Source of the DNA: Bacteroidales bacterium
Lineage (GTDB): Bacteria > Bacteroidota > Bacteroidia > Bacteroidales > UBA4417
NCBI GenBank assembly: GCA_038249705.1
Contig: JBBSDC010000001.1
Coordinates: 103 to 64,102 of the forward strand
DNA: 64,000 nt
Direction of reading: 5' to 3'
Position numbers and translations under genes: made by a program. Shown here piece by piece: positions 39,056 through 49,813 of the stretch (position 1 is its first letter; each line of letters begins with the position of its first letter). The notes beneath the pieces are model-generated. The model worked only from the letters and a program-made list of their open reading frames with translations, did not search any database and was not told where the DNA came from.

Positions 39056-40834
39056 ATGGAAAACAGAAAAGTACTAAAAAGCGGCGAATTCCTTGTGGAT
39101 ACCGTTGAAGCCAAAGATGTGTTTATTCCTGAAGAATTCAACGACGAACAGTTGATGATTGCTCAAACCTGCCAGGATTTCCTTGAAACGGAAGTATATC
39201 CTAATATGGACAAAATTGATAGTCCGGATATCAATCTGATGCGGTCAACCCTCGAAAAATCTGGCGAACTCGGTTTAATGGGAATTGCTTTGCCGGAAGA
39301 TGTAGGTGGATTCGGGCAATCGTTTGTTACCCAAATGCTTGCAGCTGAGACTATTGGAGCAGGGTATTCATTTTCAGTTGCATTTATGGCCCATTGCGGT
39401 ATAGGAACTTTACCAATTGCCTATTATGGTACTGAAGAGCAGCGCCAGAAATATGTTACCAAACTCGCAACAGGTGAACTGATCGGTTCATACTGCCTCA
39501 CTGAACCTGGCGCCGGAAGTGATGCCAATGCAGGGAAAACGAATGCACGACTATCAGAAGATGGAACACATTATATCCTTAACGGACAAAAAATGTGGAT
39601 TACCAATGCAAATTTTGCCGATTTGCAGACTGTATTTGCAAAAGTTGGTAACGACCGGATTCTCAGCGCGTTTATAGTTGAACGGACCATGGAAGGCGTG
39701 GTTATTGCTCCGGATGAAAAGAAAATGGGTATAAAAGGCTCATCCACAGCTCAAATCTTTTATAACGATGTAAAAGTACCTGTCGAAAATATGATAGGCC
39801 ATCAGGGCGAAGGTTTCCGGATCGCACTCAGTATCCTTCACATGGGTCGTATTAAACTGGGTGCCAATGTTATAGGAGCTGCCAAGAAAGCAATAAACGA
39901 TTCGGTTAAATATGCGAATGAGCGGAAGCAATTTTGTGTGCTGATATCCACTTTCGGAGCTATTAAACATAAAATAGCACAACAGGCAATTAAAACATTT
40001 GCTGCCGAAGCTGCCACCTACCGTGTGAGTAAAGATATTGATGATCTGATCGTTATCAATAAAGCATCGGGTATGGATCACGGAAGTGCAACTATCGAAG
40101 GCATAAGCCATTATGCTGTTGAAGCCGCTATACTTAAAGTGTATGGTTCCGAGGCTTTGGATTATGTAATTGATGAAGCGGTTCAGATTCACGGAGGAAT
40201 GGGATATTCTGCCGAAATGGCTGTTGAACGCGGTTACCGCGATTCGCGCATAAACCGCATTTTCGAAGGAACCAACGAAATTAATCGACTTATAATTGCC
40301 GATACCGCTATAAAACGTGCACAAAAAGGTGATTTTGATCTTTTTGGTCCGGCTGAAAAACTGTATAACAATCTTGGCCAAATTACTTCAGGTAAAGTTG
40401 AAGATGAAAGTTATTATGCAGAAAAGCGTCGTTATCTTGCTAATTTCAAGAATGTTATACTCATTGCAATTCATGGAGTAACCCGGTTTTTCGATAAGAA
40501 ACTAGTGAAAGAGCAAGAAGTGATGAATAACATCTCTGAAATGATTATGGAGACATATATCGCTGAATCACTGGCACTTCGTGTCGAAAAGCTGGAAAAT
40601 ACGAAAGGAAATGCAGATATTTTCCGTGATATGCTCGATGTATATGTTTACGACACTGCCGATCTGGTTCGTAAATCAGCACGCGATGCGTTTAACAGCT
40701 TTGCTGATGGCGCAGAATTGGAAAAACTGAATGTCGCTGTTGAAAAGCTGACCCAGGTTGCCGGGGTTAATGTTAAGGAAGCGCGCAGGCGAATAGCTGA
40801 CAGGTTGATCGAAAACAACGCTTATAAATTTTAG
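39056..40834 (+). CDS. acyl-CoA dehydrogenase, VLCAD-like long form
   Basis: 592 aa. ...YCLTEPGAGSDA..., ...IHGGMGYSAEMAVERGYRDSRINRIFEGTNEINR..., plus a ~180-aa C-terminal helical extension as in very-long-chain ACADs. Confidence 0.9.
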   Translation: MENRKVLKSGEFLVDTVEAKDVFIPEEFNDEQLMIAQTCQDFLETEVYPNMDKIDSPDINLMRSTLEKSGELGLMGIALPEDVGGFGQSFVTQMLAAETIGAGYSFSVAFMAHCGIGTLPIAYYGTEEQRQKYVTKLATGELIGSYCLTEPGAGSDANAGKTNARLSEDGTHYILNGQKMWITNANFADLQTVFAKVGNDRILSAFIVERTMEGVVIAPDEKKMGIKGSSTAQIFYNDVKVPVENMIGHQGEGFRIALSILHMGRIKLGANVIGAAKKAINDSVKYANERKQFCVLISTFGAIKHKIAQQAIKTFAAEAATYRVSKDIDDLIVINKASGMDHGSATIEGISHYAVEAAILKVYGSEALDYVIDEAVQIHGGMGYSAEMAVERGYRDSRINRIFEGTNEINRLIIADTAIKRAQKGDFDLFGPAEKLYNNLGQITSGKVEDESYYAEKRRYLANFKNVILIAIHGVTRFFDKKLVKEQEVMNNISEMIMETYIAESLALRVEKLENTKGNADIFRDMLDVYVYDTADLVRKSARDAFNSFADGAELEKLNVAVEKLTQVAGVNVKEARRRIADRLIENNAYKF

Positions 40835-40857
40835 CAGGTACTAATTTATAAATTTCT

Positions 40858-40888
40858 GCGAACGCTCCTCTTTCGGGGAGCGTTCGCA
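40858..40888 (+). terminator. intrinsic terminator after acd-2
   Basis: gcgaacgctcc / ggagcgttcgc 11-bp stem followed by a short T-rich tail. Confidence 0.7.
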
Positions 40889-41097
40889 TTTAAAAAAGAT
40901 ACAAATTCAATTTCGTCAATCAAAATGCAGAAAATAAAAGGCTAAATTTGCATTTTCATGAAATTCTCAGTGCTTATCTTTAGTACAAATGAGAGAAAAA
41001 GAAGAAAATCAGGTTAAAAATTTTCATTGAGGTTGAAAGCATTATTAAAGCGGCTCAGTTTCCAATTTATTTATTCATTATAAAACTGAATCTTTCT

Positions 41098-42135
41098 ATG
41101 TCACCTTTATTTAGTCATTTGTTAATTCCTTTCATTGTAGCTATGTTCCTTGCTATAACAATGGGTGGAAGCGGAACCGGACCTGCGTTTTCAGCAGCTT
41201 ATGGCGCAAATGTGGTACGTAAAAGTTTAATTCCGGGCCTATTCGGAATAATGGTTTTCCTGGGTGCGATTATTGCCGGGAAGAATACGGCAGCAACGGT
41301 TGGAAAAGGATTAATAAATCCTGAATTAATGACTTTTTCTATTGTATCTGTTATCCTTTTTTCTGTTGCAATCTCGTTGCTGGTTGCTAATATGGTAGGA
41401 ATACCCCAGTCCACCAGTCAGTCTACTGTAATGGCTGTTTGGGCAGCCGGAATTTACTTTCATGAAGCCAATACAGAAAAGATTTTTCTTCAGGTTATAC
41501 CAGCCTGGTTTATACTTCCTGTAATTGCATTTTTTCTGAGTCTTTTCTTTGGGAAATACATATACCGGCCTATGCGACGGCGCGGGCTTACCATGTCGCG
41601 GTCAGTAAACGTAAATCGTAAACCAATTATAAATGGTCTGATACTTTTCATGTCAATGTATGTCGCTTTTTCAATAGGAGCGAATAATGTCGCCAATGCA
41701 GCTGGACCTATCGCTACTATGACAGCTAATGAGTTGAACATAACAGGTGATAAAAATTTCCTGTTGATCATGATTTTATCTACGCTCATGGTTGCGCCCA
41801 GTTTTGCAATCGGAAGTTCCATTTTTGGGAACAAGATATTGAATAACACAGGCAAAGAAATAGTTTTGTTTGGCAAATTCGAAGCAGGAATTATTGCTTT
41901 TGTATCTGCGAGCCTGCTATTATTAGTCTCGGTAATCAAAGGAATTCCTACTTCGCTGGTACAACTTAATGTAGCTGCAATCCTGGGTATAGGAGTTGCA
42001 AAACTTGGCACAAAAAACATTTTCAGGAAAACGGAAGTTCGCAAGTTTTTTCTGATGTGGCTTATTGCACCTGTGATTGCATTTTCACTTTGCCTGATTT
42101 TACTTTTCCTGGGCGAAAAATTCGAACTTCTATAA
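41098..42135 (+). CDS. inorganic phosphate transporter, PiT (PHO4) family
   Basis: 345 aa, polytopic, with the duplicated PiT signature (...GGSGTGPAFSAAYGAN... and ...FSIGANNVANAAGP...). Confidence 0.85.
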   Translation: MSPLFSHLLIPFIVAMFLAITMGGSGTGPAFSAAYGANVVRKSLIPGLFGIMVFLGAIIAGKNTAATVGKGLINPELMTFSIVSVILFSVAISLLVANMVGIPQSTSQSTVMAVWAAGIYFHEANTEKIFLQVIPAWFILPVIAFFLSLFFGKYIYRPMRRRGLTMSRSVNVNRKPIINGLILFMSMYVAFSIGANNVANAAGPIATMTANELNITGDKNFLLIMILSTLMVAPSFAIGSSIFGNKILNNTGKEIVLFGKFEAGIIAFVSASLLLLVSVIKGIPTSLVQLNVAAILGIGVAKLGTKNIFRKTEVRKFFLMWLIAPVIAFSLCLILLFLGEKFELL

Positions 42136-42184
42136 AATTACCAACACGAAGTATTTCATTATTCTTTTAACCAAATTATAAACC

Positions 42185-42838
42185 GTGAATAATCAGGAGG
42201 TTATCCTTAAAACCATTGAGTATGTTAAGCATACTTTAGCTGACGCTGAAGGCGGACACGATTGGTGGCATATATACAGGGTATGGAAAACAGCCATTCA
42301 TATTGCTCGGCATGAGAAAGCCGATTTGTTTATTGTTGAACTCGGAGCTTTACTACACGATATTGCTGATTCGAAATTCCATGGCGGCGATGAGCAGATC
42401 GGACCTCAAATGGCCAGAGAATTTTTGCAGTCAATTCAGGTTGATGAATTTGTAATTGATTCTATCGAAAAAATTATTTCAAATATTTCTTTTAAAGGTG
42501 GTCAGTTACCACAGAACTTCAAATCGCCGGAACTGGATGTAATTCAGGATGCCGACAGACTTGATGCATTAGGAGCCATTGGAATTGCACGAACTTTTAA
42601 CTATGGCGGTCACAAAGGGCGATCTATTTATAATCCTGACATCAATCCCAATCTACAATTAACAAAAGAAGAATATAAAAACAGTGAAGCTCCTACGCTG
42701 AATCATTTCTACGAAAAGCTTCTACTGCTGAAAGATCGGATGAATACCCAAACAGGAAAAGAAATGGCTACGAAAAGACATGATTTCATGCTCACTTACC
42801 TCGATCAGTTTTATAGGGAATGGGATGGCGAAAAATAG
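42185..42838 (+). CDS. HD-domain phosphohydrolase (YedJ-like)
   Basis: 217 aa with a GTG start. H...HD metal motif (GGHDWWHIYRV...LLHDIAD...DADRLDALGAIG). Confidence 0.8.
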   Translation: MNNQEVILKTIEYVKHTLADAEGGHDWWHIYRVWKTAIHIARHEKADLFIVELGALLHDIADSKFHGGDEQIGPQMAREFLQSIQVDEFVIDSIEKIISNISFKGGQLPQNFKSPELDVIQDADRLDALGAIGIARTFNYGGHKGRSIYNPDINPNLQLTKEEYKNSEAPTLNHFYEKLLLLKDRMNTQTGKEMATKRHDFMLTYLDQFYREWDGEK

Positions 42839-42906
42839 TCATAAAGAATTATAATACATACCTTATTGATCTGTAAGAACTTTACAAAACCAATTTCTTT
42901 AGGGAA

Positions 42907-42939
42907 TAAAAAAAAGGACGATCCTTGCGAATACGTCCT
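42907..42939 (-). terminator. intrinsic terminator after the clpC-like gene
   Basis: On the minus strand, an aggacg...cgtcct hairpin is followed by a T9 run. Confidence 0.75.
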
Positions 42940-42962
42940 CTGTAAAAATAATCGACTTTTTT

Positions 42963-45578
42963 TTATTCCTCAATATGCGGAACAATCGGAGATTCGAGAG
43001 TAGAAGCCGGAAGCTCTTTGAGTTTTATCTTCTCAATAATAATTTTCATATCCTTGATTTCCGGATCGAAATCTATAGTTACACTGTCGCCCTGTACAAG
43101 CTTCGTGAGAATAATCTCCTCAGCCAGAATATCTTCGACATATTTTTGAATAGCTCTTTTCAATGGACGAGCACCAAATTGTTCATCCCAGCCTTTTTCA
43201 AGTATATAATCTTTCGCCCTTTCGGTAATACATGGTTCGTAACCCATTGCTTTAATACGGGTAAAGAGATGAGTAAGTTCAATGTCGATAATTTTGTGAA
43301 TATCCTCACGCTCAAGCGAATCAAAAATAATCACATCGTCGATCCTGTTAAGAAATTCAGGTGCAAATGACTTTTTAAGAGCATTTTCGATTACGCTTTG
43401 TGCAATACTTGAACTTTGCGACTGACGGGCACTTGTGCTGAATCCAACACCAGCACCGAAGTCTTTCAGTTGCCTTGAGCCAATATTGGAAGTCATAATC
43501 ACAATTGTATTTTTAAAATCAACTCTACGTCCCAGGCTATCAGTAAGTTGACCATCGTCGAGCACCTGGAGCAGGATGTGAAAAATATCCGGATGAGCTT
43601 TCTCAATTTCATCTAACAGTACGATAGAGTAGGGGCGACGGCGTACTTTTTCGGTCAGCTGTCCGCCTTCTTCGTAACCTACATAGCCAGGAGGCGCTCC
43701 TACGAGACGCGAAACCGAAAATTTCTCCATGTATTCGCTCATATCAATACGAATAAGAGCCTCTTCCGTATCAAAAAGATAACGCGATAAAATTTTAGCA
43801 AGGTGAGTTTTCCCTACACCGGTTGGTCCAAGGAAAATAAATGTTCCGATTGGTTTATTCGGATCTTTTAGGCCTGCACGATTACGGCGGATGGCTTTAA
43901 CCACTTTTTTGATGGCATTTTCCTGCCCGATAACCGAACCACCCAATTCCTGCTCCATATTCATAAGGCGCGAACCTTCATTTTCTGCGATTCGTTGTAC
44001 TGGCACACCGGTCATCATAGCAACTACTTCGGCCACATTTTCTTCAGTAACCATTTGCCGGTTAACCTTCGAATCTTCCTCCCATATTGTTTTCAGTGTT
44101 TCGAGCTGAGCTTGTGCTTTACGTTCATCATCACGGTAACGGGCTGCTTCTTCATATTTCTGCCCTTTAATAGCCTTCATTTTCTTTTGCCTGATATCTT
44201 CTATCAAACTTTCAGTCGTTACTATCTCAACCGGAACATGCATATTCGAAATATGCACACGGGCTCCTGATTCGTCAAGTGCATCAATAGCTTTATCAGG
44301 TAAACACCTATCTGTCAGATACCTGTTTGTAAGTGTAACACATGCATTTATTGCTTCGGGCGTGTATTTTACAAGATGATGGTCTTCGTATTTTTCCTTT
44401 ATCTGGTTTAGGATTGTTACAGTTTCATCAGGGGAAGTTGGATCTACTATAATTTTTTGAAACCTGCGTTCGAGAGCGCCATCCTTTTCAATGTACTGTC
44501 GGTATTCATCCAGAGTTGTTGCTCCGATGCACTGTATTTCGCCACGTGCGAGAGCAGGTTTGAACATATTGCTTGCATCCAGTGATCCGCTTGCATTACC
44601 GGCGCCGACTATGGTATGGATTTCATCGATAAAAAGAATGATATCGCGATTTTTCTCCAGCTCGTTCAATACAGCTTTCATGCGTTCTTCAAACTGCCCA
44701 CGGTATTTAGTACCTGCTACAAGCGAAGCCAGATCGAGTGTGTAAACCTTTTTGTTAAATAATGCACGCGAAACTTTTCGCTGCACAATCCGTAATGCAA
44801 GTCCTTCAGCAATAGCTGATTTGCCAACACCAGGTTCACCAATCAAAATCGGATTGTTTTTCTTGCGGCGGCTTAAAATCTGCGAAATTCGTTCGAGCTC
44901 TTTCTCCCGGCCAACTATCGGATCGAGTCTGTTTTCTTCGGCTGCTTTTGTAAGGTCGCGTCCAAAATTATCGAGCACAGGTGTTTTTGATTTACTGTCA
45001 GCAGTTTTTCTCAGGTTTTCGATACCACCACCTTCATCCGGATCATCATCTTGGGAGCCGCCTGATAACTCATCTTTTGGATCAGAATCCGATTCGCCAT
45101 AAAGCTTTTCTTTGTCTGCCTGTATTGATGCATCATCACCGCTAATCAAAATTGATTTTACTTCTTCTTTAAATAAGTCGTAATCCACATTGTATTTTTT
45201 AACTGATCGGGTTACAAGGTTATCTTCGTCTTTCAAAATGGCTAACATTAAATGTTCAGTTCCTATTAATTCGCTGTTAAAAAGTTTTGCTTCCAGGTAT
45301 GTAAGTTTAAGGGCACGTTCAGCCTGTTTAACGAGTGGAAGATTATCATTAACTTTATTATGATTGGCAGGATTAACAATAGCGGCTTCAATTGTACGGC
45401 GCAACTCGGACATGTCAACATTCAGATAACTCAAAATCCGGATTGCCATTCCTTCCCCTTCACGTATCATCCCTAAAAGAAGGTGTTCAACGCCAATATA
45501 TTCATTTCCAAGCCTTATAGCCTCTTCGCGGCTAAAAGACAAAACATCTTTCACTCTCTGTGAGAACTTTGCTTCCAT
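42963..45578 (-). CDS. ATP-dependent Clp/Hsp100 chaperone, ClpC-like (two AAA+ modules, Clp_N repeats, UVR-like linker)
   Basis: 871 aa with a Clp_N double repeat and two Walker A motifs ([18 protein letters not shown]). A UVR-like motif ([17 protein letters not shown]) is present. An acidic low-complexity insert lies between the N domain and D1. Confidence 0.9.
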   Translation of the reverse strand: MEAKFSQRVKDVLSFSREEAIRLGNEYIGVEHLLLGMIREGEGMAIRILSYLNVDMSELRRTIEAAIVNPANHNKVNDNLPLVKQAERALKLTYLEAKLFNSELIGTEHLMLAILKDEDNLVTRSVKKYNVDYDLFKEEVKSILISGDDASIQADKEKLYGESDSDPKDELSGGSQDDDPDEGGGIENLRKTADSKSKTPVLDNFGRDLTKAAEENRLDPIVGREKELERISQILSRRKKNNPILIGEPGVGKSAIAEGLALRIVQRKVSRALFNKKVYTLDLASLVAGTKYRGQFEERMKAVLNELEKNRDIILFIDEIHTIVGAGNASGSLDASNMFKPALARGEIQCIGATTLDEYRQYIEKDGALERRFQKIIVDPTSPDETVTILNQIKEKYEDHHLVKYTPEAINACVTLTNRYLTDRCLPDKAIDALDESGARVHISNMHVPVEIVTTESLIEDIRQKKMKAIKGQKYEEAARYRDDERKAQAQLETLKTIWEEDSKVNRQMVTEENVAEVVAMMTGVPVQRIAENEGSRLMNMEQELGGSVIGQENAIKKVVKAIRRNRAGLKDPNKPIGTFIFLGPTGVGKTHLAKILSRYLFDTEEALIRIDMSEYMEKFSVSRLVGAPPGYVGYEEGGQLTEKVRRRPYSIVLLDEIEKAHPDIFHILLQVLDDGQLTDSLGRRVDFKNTIVIMTSNIGSRQLKDFGAGVGFSTSARQSQSSSIAQSVIENALKKSFAPEFLNRIDDVIIFDSLEREDIHKIIDIELTHLFTRIKAMGYEPCITERAKDYILEKGWDEQFGARPLKRAIQKYVEDILAEEIILTKLVQGDSVTIDFDPEIKDMKIIIEKIKLKELPASTLESPIVPHIEE

Positions 45579-45846
45579 CTATTTTCCAATTCTGTTTACT
45601 AATTGATTAATTATCAAAATCACTTCAAAATTACAATATAAACATACAAGTCTGTAAATAGTTTGTGTAAATGATTTATCAAAAATCATTAAATCATTCA
45701 TTTACTGCCATTTGATATTATCAACACACAATTGTTAAAAACAGGTTTGAAAAAGCGTCTGAATGCATTTTTTATATCAAAAAAATCCGTACTTTCGTAG
45801 TTCTGTTGAGGATAACTTAAGTTATTATAAATGAAGGAGTTAATAA

Positions 45847-48414
45847 ATGGATAATATTCAGGACGGGGAAAGAATAGTACCTGTCAACATTGAAACACAA
45901 ATGAAAGGCGCTTACATCGATTATGCGATGTCGGTAATTGTATCCCGGGCATTACCCGATGTACGTGATGGTCTTAAACCTGTTCATCGGAGAGTACTAT
46001 ATGGAATGCTCGATTTAGGTGTATTGTCTAACAGATCGTACAAAAAATCAGCCCGTATTGTGGGTGAAGTTCTTGGTAAATATCATCCGCATGGTGATAC
46101 CTCTGTTTATGATGCTATGGTTCGAATGGCCCAGAATTGGTCGTTAAGGTATCCATTGGTCGACGGGCAGGGTAACTTTGGTTCAATTGACGGCGACAGC
46201 CCGGCTGCTATGCGTTATACTGAGGTTCGGCTTCGTAAATTAGCGGAAGAATTACTTGCTGATATTGATAAAGATACAGTTGATTTTAAACTGAATTTTG
46301 ACGACACTCTTGAGGAACCATCCGTTTTACCTGCCAAAATCCCAAACCTGCTGATAAATGGTACTTCTGGTATTGCAGTAGGTATGGCTACAAACATTCC
46401 TCCGCATAACCTTACCGAAATCATTAACGGCTGTATCGCTTACATTGACGACCGAGACATCACTATTGAAGGTCTGATGAAATATATCAAAGCACCTGAT
46501 TTTCCTACCGGTGGCATTATATATGGGTATGAAGGCGTTCGTGATGCCTATGAAACTGGTCGTGGCCGATTGGTAATGCGTGGTGAATCCACTTTCGAAA
46601 CCGATGAAAAAGGACGTGAAGCTATCGTTTTTACTTCAATTCCTTACCAGGTAAATAAGGCTGAAATGATTAAAAAAACAGCCGACCTTGTAAATGAAAA
46701 AAAGATTGAAGGCATTCACGATATACGTGATGAGAGCGACAGGAATGGACTCCGGATCGTTTATGAACTTAAAAAAGATGCTGTTTCCAATGTTGTTCTA
46801 AATAAACTTTATCAGTATACTGCACTGCAGACTTCGTTCAGTACCAATGCCATAGCACTGGTTAAAGGACGACCATATCAACTCAACCTTAAGCAACTTA
46901 TTGGTCATTTTATTGATCATCGTCACGAAGTTATACTAAGGCGCACACGATACGATCTTGCCGAGGCTGAAAAACGTGCACATGTACTTGAAGGTCTGCT
47001 GATTGCACTCGATAACATTGATGAAGTTATTGCAATTATCCGAGCCGCTGCTTCACCCGAAGAAGCCAGGACAAAGTTGATGGAACGCTTTTCGCTGAGC
47101 GAGATTCAGGCGAAAGCTATTCTGGATATGCGCTTGCAGCGTTTAACAGGACTTGAACGAGAGAAACTTAAAGAAGAATATGCTGAATTGATGAAAATTA
47201 TAGCATATTACCGCGGCATACTTGCTGACGAAACCCTTCAGTTCGACATTATAAAGACTGAACTTACTGAAATCAGAGAAAAGTACGGTGACGAACGCAT
47301 GACACGCATCGAACTGAGCGCAAAGGATTTCAGGATTGAAGATACTATAGCTGATGAAGCAGTGGTTATTACCATTTCGCACATGGGCTATATGAAACGT
47401 ACACCACTCACTGAATACCGCCGCCAAAGCAGAGGTGGGAGAGGTGCCCGTGGGTCGGATATCCGCGAAGAAGATTTCCTTGAGCATTTGTATATTGCTA
47501 CTGCTCATAACTATATGCTCTTCTTTACAGAAAAGGGTAAATGTTTCTGGCTTAGGGTTTTCGAAATCCCTGAAGGTGGAAAAACATCCAAAGGCCGAGC
47601 GATTCAGAATATGTTGAATATTGAAACGGATGATAAAGTCAGGGCTATTATTAACCTGAAAGACCTTAAAAATGAAGAATATGTAAAAAATAATTATATA
47701 ATTCTTTGTACTAAAAAAGGTACTATCAAGAAAACCTCGCTCGAAGCATACTCGCGGCCACGATTAAATGGTATAAATGCAATCAACATCAACGAAGGCG
47801 ATCATCTGCTCGAAGCCCGTTTAACAAACGGAAGCAGCGAAGTATTAATGGCTTTGCGCAGTGGAAGGGCAATACGTTTCAACGAAAAAACTGTGCGTCC
47901 TATGGGGCGGACTGCAACAGGAGTAAGGGGTATAACACTGGGAGGAAAGAATGATGAAGTTATTGGCATGATATGTGTTAATAATACCGAAGAGTCTATT
48001 CTGGTAGTATCGGAAAAGGGATATGGCAAACGCTCAGACCTTGAAGATTACAGAGTTACAAACCGTGGAGGCAAAGGTGTTAAAACCATTAATGTGACCG
48101 AAAAAACCGGAAGCCTGATTGCTATCAAAAATGTAACCGACCGCGATGATCTCATGATCATAAATCTTTCAGGAATAATTATCCGCATGGGAGTTAGCGA
48201 TCTGAGAGTTATGGGAAGAGCAACACAGGGAGTAAGACTTATAAACCTGAAAGAAGATGATGGAATTGCTGCAGTTGCAAAAGTTGAATGTGAAATTGAT
48301 GAAGTAGAGGACGAAGAATTATTGGAAGGAACTGAGCTGAATGATAGTGAAGATAGCGATACTCCAACTAGTGATGATCAGGAGATTTCAAATGAAATAA
48401 CACCAGAAGAATAA
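45847..48414 (+). CDS. gyrA: DNA gyrase subunit A
   Basis: 855 aa with the AMRYTE catalytic Tyr block, the QRDR-like ...[17 protein letters not shown]..., C-terminal beta-pinwheel repeats and an acidic tail. Confidence 0.95.
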   Translation: MDNIQDGERIVPVNIETQMKGAYIDYAMSVIVSRALPDVRDGLKPVHRRVLYGMLDLGVLSNRSYKKSARIVGEVLGKYHPHGDTSVYDAMVRMAQNWSLRYPLVDGQGNFGSIDGDSPAAMRYTEVRLRKLAEELLADIDKDTVDFKLNFDDTLEEPSVLPAKIPNLLINGTSGIAVGMATNIPPHNLTEIINGCIAYIDDRDITIEGLMKYIKAPDFPTGGIIYGYEGVRDAYETGRGRLVMRGESTFETDEKGREAIVFTSIPYQVNKAEMIKKTADLVNEKKIEGIHDIRDESDRNGLRIVYELKKDAVSNVVLNKLYQYTALQTSFSTNAIALVKGRPYQLNLKQLIGHFIDHRHEVILRRTRYDLAEAEKRAHVLEGLLIALDNIDEVIAIIRAAASPEEARTKLMERFSLSEIQAKAILDMRLQRLTGLEREKLKEEYAELMKIIAYYRGILADETLQFDIIKTELTEIREKYGDERMTRIELSAKDFRIEDTIADEAVVITISHMGYMKRTPLTEYRRQSRGGRGARGSDIREEDFLEHLYIATAHNYMLFFTEKGKCFWLRVFEIPEGGKTSKGRAIQNMLNIETDDKVRAIINLKDLKNEEYVKNNYIILCTKKGTIKKTSLEAYSRPRLNGINAININEGDHLLEARLTNGSSEVLMALRSGRAIRFNEKTVRPMGRTATGVRGITLGGKNDEVIGMICVNNTEESILVVSEKGYGKRSDLEDYRVTNRGGKGVKTINVTEKTGSLIAIKNVTDRDDLMIINLSGIIIRMGVSDLRVMGRATQGVRLINLKEDDGIAAVAKVECEIDEVEDEELLEGTELNDSEDSDTPTSDDQEISNEITPEE

Positions 48415-48475
48415 ACACCTATAAATAAACAATTAACATTAACCAAAAAAAATTCAAAACTAAAAAGTTAAGGAA

Positions 48476-49666
48476 ATGAAAAGAACTCTTGTTTTATTTG
48501 CCCTAATTATGCTGGTAAGCGTTGCTTTCGCACAAATGAAGAAAGACCGTACTTCGGCATATAATTATTGGATGAAAAAGGATTTGATCAAGGCTAAAGA
48601 ATTTATCGACAAAGCCATTACTTATCCTGATGCTGCTACAGATGCCAAAGTTTGGTATTACAGAGGTGGAATTTATCTGGATATTCAGATTTCTCCTGCT
48701 AAAGCTGTGCTTGCCCCTGATGCAATTAATGTTGCCTACGAAGCTTATAACAAAGCTAATACATTGGATACCAAAGGAGAATTTAAAACTGACATAGCAG
48801 CGCGGCTTGCTGCAATAGGAGGTGAGTTCTTTAATGAAGGAATATCTTATTTCCAGCAAAATGATTTTGATGGTGCGATGCCATTCTTCGAAAAAGCGAT
48901 CAATATCAGTAAGGAAAATCAAACTATTGATACTTTAGCAAATTATGGCGCTGCTTTGTGTTTCGAAAAGAAAGCAGCAGTTGATCCGTCATACCTGGAC
49001 AAAGCTATAGAGAAATATCAGTATCTTGCTGATCTTAGAATGAAAGAAGTAAGTGTATATACTTCACTTGCAAGCCTTTATAAAGACAAAAACAACCTCG
49101 AAAAAGGAGCTCAGATACTTAATATTGGTAAGGAATTATTCCCTGGTAACACTGATATCATTATTACCGAGGCAAACATGTATATCTCTACAAACAACCA
49201 TGCAAAAGCTATTGCGAGCCTGATGGAAGCTAAAGAGAAAGAACCTAAAAATGTTTCTGTTCTTTATGCAGTAGGGGTTACCTATGATTTGATGAAAAAT
49301 GATACCACACTTTCTGGTGCTGACAGGTCAAAATATTTTGATGCTTCAATTGCAGCTTACAAGGAAACAATTGTTATAGATTCAAATTACTTTGATGCCT
49401 TATTTAACCTTGGCGCTTTATACTTCAACAAAGGCGGCGAAGTGATTAATGAGGCTAATAAACTTCCGATCAGCGAAACTGCAAAATATGATAAAATGTT
49501 AGCAGACGGAAATAATTACCTCAACCTTGCATTGCCTTATCTGGAAAAATGCGAAACTATTCAACCTCAGGATAAACCGACGCTTATTTCGTTGAAAGAA
49601 ATATACACAAGGTTAAAAATGAGTGAGAAATTACTTGCTATTAATGACAAGTTGAACGCTTTATAG
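48476..49666 (+). CDS. tetratricopeptide-repeat protein, secreted
   Basis: 396 aa with a signal peptide and multiple TPR-like A..Y..A helix pairs. It sits directly downstream of gyrA. Confidence 0.7.
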   Translation: MKRTLVLFALIMLVSVAFAQMKKDRTSAYNYWMKKDLIKAKEFIDKAITYPDAATDAKVWYYRGGIYLDIQISPAKAVLAPDAINVAYEAYNKANTLDTKGEFKTDIAARLAAIGGEFFNEGISYFQQNDFDGAMPFFEKAINISKENQTIDTLANYGAALCFEKKAAVDPSYLDKAIEKYQYLADLRMKEVSVYTSLASLYKDKNNLEKGAQILNIGKELFPGNTDIIITEANMYISTNNHAKAIASLMEAKEKEPKNVSVLYAVGVTYDLMKNDTTLSGADRSKYFDASIAAYKETIVIDSNYFDALFNLGALYFNKGGEVINEANKLPISETAKYDKMLADGNNYLNLALPYLEKCETIQPQDKPTLISLKEIYTRLKMSEKLLAINDKLNAL

Positions 49667-49686
49667 TTCAATAATAATTGAAGTAA

Positions 49687-49722
49687 CAGAAGAGCCCGGC
49701 ATGACCGGGCTCTTCTGTTTTG
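49687..49722 (+). terminator. intrinsic terminator
   Basis: acagaagagcccgg / ccgggctcttctgt 14-bp stem followed by TTTT. Confidence 0.85.
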
Positions 49723-49813
49723 CTAATTCCTATTTAACATAATATTAATTATAGGACATTTGTATTCGTGTAAAAACATACCGAAAGAAAGCCAGATTTA
49801 CCTTAAATGCTAA

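Noticed and set aside
39740-40381. Long antisense ORFs inside confident genes: 39740-40381 (213 aa), 41490-42044 (184 aa), 11521-11964 (147 aa), 48503-48922 (139 aa), 42975-43370 (131 aa) and 60980-61363 (127 aa).
   Set aside because: Each is fully embedded antisense in a gene with clear family motifs (ACAD, PiT, GSIII, TPR protein, ClpC-like, RelA/SpoT). Each has atypical composition and no promoter box.
40958-41017. A 19-codon ORF (MKFSVLIFSTNERKRRKSG) beginning 8 nt after a TAAATTTG box, upstream of the PiT phosphate transporter; possible leader peptide.
   Set aside because: It is too short to support from sequence alone, and no conservation information is available. The box may simply drive a long PiT leader.
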